A stretch of 32,000 nt of DNA from an uncultured bacterium (GTDB lineage: Bacteria > Patescibacteriota > Gracilibacteria > UBA1369 > PNNO01): positions 30,001-62,000 of the forward strand of contig OY969931.1 of the NCBI GenBank assembly GCA_963704705.1, given 5' to 3'. Positions 26,394 through 32,000 of the stretch are shown piece by piece. How positions within the stretch are numbered: position 1 is the stretch's first letter; each line of letters begins with the position of its first letter. A program made the translations under genes and the position numbers. The notes below the pieces were generated by a model that did no database searches, was not told where the DNA came from, and saw nothing but the letters and a program-made list of their open reading frames with translations.

Positions 26394-26502
26394 GTGTTGT
26401 TGGAAATCAGACAACACAAAATTCATTCTTTTGTCATGAACAATTTTTATTTTATATAAGCCGAAAACTAAGGTTAGCACGAAATATTAGCATGAAACAT
26501 AT

Positions 26503-26530
26503 TTGCGTTATTGTAAAATATGGTGATAAT
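26503..26530 (+). promoter_or_regulatory. putative promoter for the RHS/SpvB-like gene
   Basis: TTGCGT, 16-nt spacer, GATAAT, 39 nt before the ATG at 26570. Confidence 0.35.
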
Positions 26531-26569
26531 TTTTTCTTAGGCTTTTTTACATTGCTAACAATCAGGCTT

Positions 26570-29500
26570 ATGAATTATTTCAAAAAATATTCGGCTGCAT
26601 TGCTTTGTTGTACGGTACTTTTTTCCATTGTTTTACCTGGTACGGTTTTTGCGCAGGATAGTATTGTTACTCGCGAAATTATTCCAACAGAAAGTGTAAA
26701 CAGGGAACTGCGGCTGGATAGACACACGGAATTTAATGACAATCTTGGTAAATTAGAAACTGAAGAACCTTTAATAGAAGAAAAAATTGAACCAAATGTA
26801 GACCCAAATACTATTGAACAACAGGAATTAAATCCTCCAGAAATTGAGATACCTGAATTGCCGGAAATACCTGAAATGCCTTCTCCCGAAGATTTAACGC
26901 CTATTGCAAGCAGCTTAACAGACCCGATTGATTTAATAGATAGAGTTGGCGAAGCTACACAAAAGGCTGATATAGAAGTTGTGAATTCAAATGGCTCTGC
27001 AAGTTATTCTAAAAATTTATATTTACCTCCAGGCAGAAATGGTTTTACTCCTTCGCTTTCTATTAATTATGACAGCGGGAATAAAAGTAACGATTCGATT
27101 GTAGGGTTTGGATGGAATTTGTCGCAATATTATATTTCTTTAAACCCGCGATATGGAGTTGATAAAATGTATGAAACTAATGAATTTGTTGCAAATACAC
27201 CTTTAGATAACGCAGAAATAATTGATGTAAATTTAACTGATTCAAAGCATGGAATTTACGGTGCAAAAATTGAAGTGGCATTTCAAAAATATGAATTTCT
27301 TTCAAATGACACATGGAAGGTTACCGACAAAAACGGCACACAATATTTTTACGGTCAAACAGCAGCATCAAGGCAGGATGATCCGAATGATTCGACAAGA
27401 ATTTACAAATGGATGCTGGATGAAATTAGAGATACAAACGGTAATTGGATTAAATTTGATTACTACAAAGATTCCGGACAAATATATCCGAGAAGTATAA
27501 ATTACACTGGCAATGGTATTGAACAGGGCTTGATGACAGTAAAATTTCAACCTTTTTACAATGGGCCTTCAACTGTCAGGAACGACAATATTACTAAATA
27601 TACTAACGGTTTTGAAACAACAACAAATTATATTTTAGATAATGTAGAAGTAGAAATTAATGGTAAAAATAACGGTCATTCGGTTTTGCGTTACGATTTT
27701 GACTATACAACAAGCACGAGTAATAAACGTAGTTTGCTTACTTCTTTTACTCAGGTAGGCATTGATGAGAATGGTGTTGAAACAGCACTGCCTTCAACCG
27801 AATTTGCTTATTCGGACGCCGGCAACACAAGCTGGGTTGAAGATACAAACTGGACAGGAGGTTGTATAATAGGAACAAAGCCATGGGGTGAACCTAATCA
27901 GGCTACACAAAACAGATTAATAGATAGAAATTATGATGGTCTTTTAGATTGCGGAATTGGAGATTATAATAACAACCAGGGGTCAGTTAATACGGGGTCA
28001 GGTTTTGATGTAAACGGTGCCAATTTAATGATTCCAGATCAGCTTTATTATGATTGGCCCAGTACAGCAATGATGGAAGTTAACGGAGATGGTAAGGTGG
28101 ATTTTGTTGAGTCAATTTGGGATGATCCCAGTACACATCAGCGCAGTTTGGATATTAGCGGTACAAATCCGGGTTTCACTAATAATTCAATTCCCACCCC
28201 ATTGTTTAAATATGGAGCGTACAGACAATTTGGTTTTAAATTCGCAGATTTTAATGGAGATGGTTTAACAGATTTACTTCAATTAAAAAAAGAATCCAAT
28301 ACAACACAAACACCCGCAGTTTGGCTAGATCAAAATATATATATAAATAATGGAGTAGATGGCTGGGATTTGGATACGGGATGGCAGTTTGATCCGAAAA
28401 TGTATTTTGTATATAACTCTTACAACCCGAATTTAACTAATAAAGATCATGTTAGTCATTATGACTCCGCTGTTTTAGATTACAATAATGATGGATTAAC
28501 AGATGTGCTTATTGAAGACCAATCCTCAAGTACTGGAATATATGTTTATCTTAATAATGGAAATAAAGGGTTTGAGCAGGTAAATATTTCAAATATTGAA
28601 CCTTATTATCTCGGATTACAAACAACGCGTGATTTTGGTATAAGAATGGTTGATTTGAATTCTGATGGAATGACAGACTGGCTAAGAGCTTATGAGCAGG
28701 GAGCAACTTATCTTCAATTTAAAACATTCGATACCAAAGATTATGTTACAAATAATAATTTCAATTATCCGGTTGAAGCACTTATTTCAATGGGCACAGG
28801 CCATTATCAGGGAGTTGAGTTGGCTGATTTAAACGGCGATGGAATGATCGATATAATTCAGGGAATGAATGATTCCAGCTTTATACCCGGGATTTATAAA
28901 TATCATGTCTGGCTTAATCAGGGCAACATACCTGATATGCTTGTTGGAATTGATAATAATCGCGGTGGGCAAACAACCCTTGAATATAAAAATTCGCCAT
29001 TATATAGAGATACAAACGGAAATCTTGAAAATCCAAATTTGCACCTTCCAAAGATGACTTTAAATAAAGTTACTTATTCCAATGATTTTGGTGATGATTA
29101 TATTGCGCAGTATAATTATGAAGATGGGGAACATATTTACGAAGATTCTTTCCATAATGAATTCGGAGGTTTTCATGTGATTACAAAAACAGACAATCTC
29201 GGAATTGTTGAAAAAACTTATTATCATCAGGGCGGTGGAATCGACGGATCAGCGCAGGGCGAATATAACGATCACATTTCCAAAAAAGGCAAGCCATATA
29301 GAATTGAAATTTATAAAGATAACGGCGGTGCTTTAAGCAAATATACCCAAACGTTATACAAATGGGAAAAAGCGGATTTGGGTAATCAAAGATATTTTCC
29401 TAAAATGACCCAGCAAATTGATTTTGTTTTTAATGTTGGATCTTCAAAAGCATCCGCAACATCAATAACTTATGATGACAATAATGGAAATATTATTGAA

Positions 29501-32000
29501 GAAATAAATCTAGGAGAAGTAAATGCAAATGCAAACGGCACTTTTACTGATGTGGGCAGTGATACTGTTGAGACTCAGCGAACTTATGCCAGCCCCCTTG
29601 CAGGATTAACTGCAACAGAAACAGTTTTGGATGGATTAAACAATAAGTTAAAGGAAGTCAGGTATTATTATGATAATTTACCTTTGGGTCAGGCTACCGT
29701 GGGTAATCAGACCTCAGTAGCAAATTGGCATAAATCAAGTGAGTACTATACCACTCAATATGTTTGGGACGGTTATGGAAATGTAATAGAACAGATTGAT
29801 CCTCTTGGGAATTCCATGACAGCAAATTATAAACAGGATCATTTGTATATTGATTCTTTAACCAACGCGCTTGGTCAGAGCACTGATTATGATTTCAATT
29901 ACCTAACCGGCAATCCAAGTTATGTTCAGGGGCCGAATAATAATGTTATAAGACATTATTTTGATTCGATCGGCAGACACATTAGATCGGAAGTTTCCGA
30001 TCCTCAGAACTCAAATAATTTATCCAAAATAAAAGAAATAACTTACAACGACCAAAGCCTTCCAAATTACAGCGAGTTAAAGTTGTTTGATTCAAAAAAC
30101 GATACGACACCTGTTACATCAAGGTCTTATTTTGATGGAAGAGGAAACGTTATTCAGAACAGATCAACTTCAAATACACCTGGAACTTACATTGTTACTG
30201 ACAATTCATATGATGCAAAAGGACAGGTTACAAGAGAATCTCTTCCATATTTTACTTCGGGGACAGCTTATCAAAGCGTTAATTTGGCAAAACCAGCAAA
30301 TTTATATACATATGACGTTTTGGGAAGAATCAAGCAAGTGTCAAATGCGCTCGGCACAACATCAACTGATTATAATTTATGGAATTCAACAATTACCGAT
30401 CCTTTAAATAATCAAAAAGATTTGATAATGGATGCTTACGGAAGACTTGTTGAGGTACATGAGCACAACGGAGCTGACGAATATATTACTCACTACGAAT
30501 ACACTCCACTCGGCCTGCTAAGCAAAATAACTGACCACTATGGTAATTTACGAACATTTACTTATGACGGACTGGGAAGACTTACAATGCAGACAGACTT
30601 CCATTTGCCGGCTGATACTTCATACAGCAAATGGTCTTATATTTATGACCAAAATTCAAATTTGCTTACCCAATCTTTCGGCGACGGAAGCAATATAAGA
30701 TACTATTATGACCAGCTTAACAGACCACTGAGAGAACATTCTTCAAAAACCGGAAAAGACGAAGTTACATACACTTATGATACAGCACCGTATGGAACAG
30801 GTTTACTTGCTTCGATTACAAAAGACGACTGGTCAAATGCTTTTGAATACGACATTAACGGAAATGTAACCAAAGAAACAACTTTAATTAAAGGAGACAG
30901 TTATGTAACAAACCGGCTGTTTGATTTACAGGGGAAGATAACAAGACTTATTTCGCCGGACAACAAAATGATCAGATACGCATATAATGATATGGGGCTT
31001 ATTGATAATGTATATTATGGATATTCCATTCTTGCCAATAATTTGGATTATACGCCTTTGGGCCAGATGTCGCATATTGAATTTTCAAACGGTGCAGTAA
31101 CGGATTATGATTATCCGGAGTCTGATTTATTTAGACTAGGTCATATAACAACAACTTTAAATGGCCAGACCATTCAGGATTTGGATTACACATACGATGC
31201 TTTAAACAACCTTACGCATCTTGTTGATAATTCACAGCTGCTTACAACTAAAGTTGCGGATTTTATATATGATGATTTATCAAGACTTACAAGCGCGGTT
31301 GCAACAAAAAATGGGCAGCCGGTTTACAATCAGGCTTATGATTACAATGCCATCGGCAATATTATGAATAAGTCCGATGTCGGCTTATATACTTATGCCG
31401 GAGGGATAGCTTCTTCAGCGCCTTCTGTATATTCAAATCCACACGCTGTGACAGCAGCTGGAGCAGTTAATTATTTATATGACAGGAGAGGTAATGTAAC
31501 CAAAATTAATGATAATTTGACAAGCAAAGAGCTTACATATGATTACAATGATGATCATATAATTTTTAAGAACGGAATTGATGGAGTGAGGTATGGTTAT
31601 GATAATTCAGGCAATAGAGTATGGAAGCAGGAAATTGAATATTTTGCGATTGAGCCTAAAGTTCCTTTGATAACAAATACACTGTTTACGAAAGAAACTA
31701 CTACATGCACTCCGATTTCAGCACCTGTTCGCACAAAAAATACTTTAATAGGTAAAGAATATACTATTCAGTTAAGCTCAAGATATAACTATGACGAAGA
31801 ATGCCGGGCAATAAAAAGTACAGGCACCGAAACTCGCTATGTTGGCGGATTTTATGAAGAAACCCGCGATAAATCAACAACTGTCAAAGGCGGAACAGAC
31901 ATAGTAAAAAGATTAAACATCGACGTCAACGGCATGCAGATCGCCACAATCGAGACAAGGCCAAAAGCTTTTCCGATCGGTTCGGTTGACGTACGCACCT
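26570..32000 (+). CDS. secreted SpvB / VCBS(FG-GAP) / RHS-YD repeat protein, Tc-toxin B-like or polymorphic-toxin-like (3' end outside window, >=1810 aa)
   Basis: The frame stays open to the window edge, so it is absent from the ORF track. Signal peptide MNYFKKYSAALLCCTVLFSIVLPGTVFAQ; SpvB-like block NGSASYSKNLYLPPGRNGFTPSLSINYDSGNKSNDSIVGFGWNLS; Ca-binding motifs DVNGDGKVDF, DFNGDGLTDLL, DYNNDGLTDVL, DLNSDGMTDWL, DLNGDGMIDII; many YD repeats (FTYDGLGRLTMQTD, YIYDQNSNLLTQSFGDG, YDYNAIGNIMNKSD, YLYDRRGNVTKI). Confidence 0.93.
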   Translation, partial: MNYFKKYSAALLCCTVLFSIVLPGTVFAQDSIVTREIIPTESVNRELRLDRHTEFNDNLGKLETEEPLIEEKIEPNVDPNTIEQQELNPPEIEIPELPEIPEMPSPEDLTPIASSLTDPIDLIDRVGEATQKADIEVVNSNGSASYSKNLYLPPGRNGFTPSLSINYDSGNKSNDSIVGFGWNLSQYYISLNPRYGVDKMYETNEFVANTPLDNAEIIDVNLTDSKHGIYGAKIEVAFQKYEFLSNDTWKVTDKNGTQYFYGQTAASRQDDPNDSTRIYKWMLDEIRDTNGNWIKFDYYKDSGQIYPRSINYTGNGIEQGLMTVKFQPFYNGPSTVRNDNITKYTNGFETTTNYILDNVEVEINGKNNGHSVLRYDFDYTTSTSNKRSLLTSFTQVGIDENGVETALPSTEFAYSDAGNTSWVEDTNWTGGCIIGTKPWGEPNQATQNRLIDRNYDGLLDCGIGDYNNNQGSVNTGSGFDVNGANLMIPDQLYYDWPSTAMMEVNGDGKVDFVESIWDDPSTHQRSLDISGTNPGFTNNSIPTPLFKYGAYRQFGFKFADFNGDGLTDLLQLKKESNTTQTPAVWLDQNIYINNGVDGWDLDTGWQFDPKMYFVYNSYNPNLTNKDHVSHYDSAVLDYNNDGLTDVLIEDQSSSTGIYVYLNNGNKGFEQVNISNIEPYYLGLQTTRDFGIRMVDLNSDGMTDWLRAYEQGATYLQFKTFDTKDYVTNNNFNYPVEALISMGTGHYQGVELADLNGDGMIDIIQGMNDSSFIPGIYKYHVWLNQGNIPDMLVGIDNNRGGQTTLEYKNSPLYRDTNGNLENPNLHLPKMTLNKVTYSNDFGDDYIAQYNYEDGEHIYEDSFHNEFGGFHVITKTDNLGIVEKTYYHQGGGIDGSAQGEYNDHISKKGKPYRIEIYKDNGGALSKYTQTLYKWEKADLGNQRYFPKMTQQIDFVFNVGSSKASATSITYDDNNGNIIEEINLGEVNANANGTFTDVGSDTVETQRTYASPLAGLTATETVLDGLNNKLKEVRYYYDNLPLGQATVGNQTSVANWHKSSEYYTTQYVWDGYGNVIEQIDPLGNSMTANYKQDHLYIDSLTNALGQSTDYDFNYLTGNPSYVQGPNNNVIRHYFDSIGRHIRSEVSDPQNSNNLSKIKEITYNDQSLPNYSELKLFDSKNDTTPVTSRSYFDGRGNVIQNRSTSNTPGTYIVTDNSYDAKGQVTRESLPYFTSGTAYQSVNLAKPANLYTYDVLGRIKQVSNALGTTSTDYNLWNSTITDPLNNQKDLIMDAYGRLVEVHEHNGADEYITHYEYTPLGLLSKITDHYGNLRTFTYDGLGRLTMQTDFHLPADTSYSKWSYIYDQNSNLLTQSFGDGSNIRYYYDQLNRPLREHSSKTGKDEVTYTYDTAPYGTGLLASITKDDWSNAFEYDINGNVTKETTLIKGDSYVTNRLFDLQGKITRLISPDNKMIRYAYNDMGLIDNVYYGYSILANNLDYTPLGQMSHIEFSNGAVTDYDYPESDLFRLGHITTTLNGQTIQDLDYTYDALNNLTHLVDNSQLLTTKVADFIYDDLSRLTSAVATKNGQPVYNQAYDYNAIGNIMNKSDVGLYTYAGGIASSAPSVYSNPHAVTAAGAVNYLYDRRGNVTKINDNLTSKELTYDYNDDHIIFKNGIDGVRYGYDNSGNRVWKQEIEYFAIEPKVPLITNTLFTKETTTCTPISAPVRTKNTLIGKEYTIQLSSRYNYDEECRAIKSTGTETRYVGGFYEETRDKSTTVKGGTDIVKRLNIDVNGMQIATIETRPKAFPIGSVDVRT

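Noticed and set aside
26394-26417. Hairpin GTGTTGT...ACAACAC after trxB considered as a terminator
   Set aside because: AT-rich 7-bp stem with a 10-nt loop and no U-tract; too weak to call.
26492-26569. Upstream in-frame ATG (26492) as the start of the RHS protein
   Set aside because: It would place 26 residues ahead of a clean signal peptide beginning at 26570 and would put the promoter-like elements inside the gene.
27249-27500. ORF-track ORFs 27249..27500, 28869..29057 and 30087..30407 (+)
   Set aside because: All lie in one alternative frame inside the large RHS-type ORF and lack family motifs; treated as spurious.
1-32000. Alternative genetic code (UGA = Gly) as in Gracilibacteria/Absconditabacteria
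   Set aside because: Well-supported genes read cleanly in the standard code, and UGA is used as a stop (e.g. the 4210..4632 ORF ends in TGA).
1-32000. CRISPR arrays, tRNA, rRNA
   Set aside because: No regularly spaced identical 24-40 nt repeats, cloverleaf-like segments or rRNA-like regions noticed by eye. A tRNAscan-SE/Infernal run would be needed to exclude small RNAs.

Overview
This 32 kb window comes from a compact, AT-rich bacterial genome. Standard-code ORFs, short or overlapping gene junctions and the gene content suggest a Patescibacteria/CPR lineage, perhaps Peregrinibacteria-like; the lineage call is inference only. Main content: (1) a surface-protein cluster with the C-terminal end of a tail-fibre/C1q-like protein, a membrane-anchored protein and a triple-SLH protein; (2) a form II/III-like RuBisCO on the minus strand with catalytic residues intact; (3) a paralogous pair of 128-aa membrane proteins around an uncharacterised gene; (4) a Y1/REP-associated transposase next to an intergenic array of 18-nt degenerate tandem repeats and palindromes; (5) housekeeping genes: rny, VanW-family protein, TPR protein, PSP1/RicT, holB, a MurF-like ligase, acylphosphatase, rplT-rpmI-infC, ispG-dxr, trxB; (6) several uncharacterised proteins, one of them split by an apparent -1 frameshift at an A7 tract; (7) an SGNH hydrolase / two GT2 glycosyltransferases / G1P-dehydrogenase-like cluster; (8) a secreted SpvB + VCBS/FG-GAP + RHS/YD-repeat giant protein (>=1810 aa) that runs off the right edge. 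The best candidates for follow-up are the RHS/Tc-toxin-B-like protein, the RAYT plus 18-nt repeat array, the frameshifted ORF, and the G1PDH-like and RuBisCO genes. I found no CRISPR array, tRNA or rRNA.
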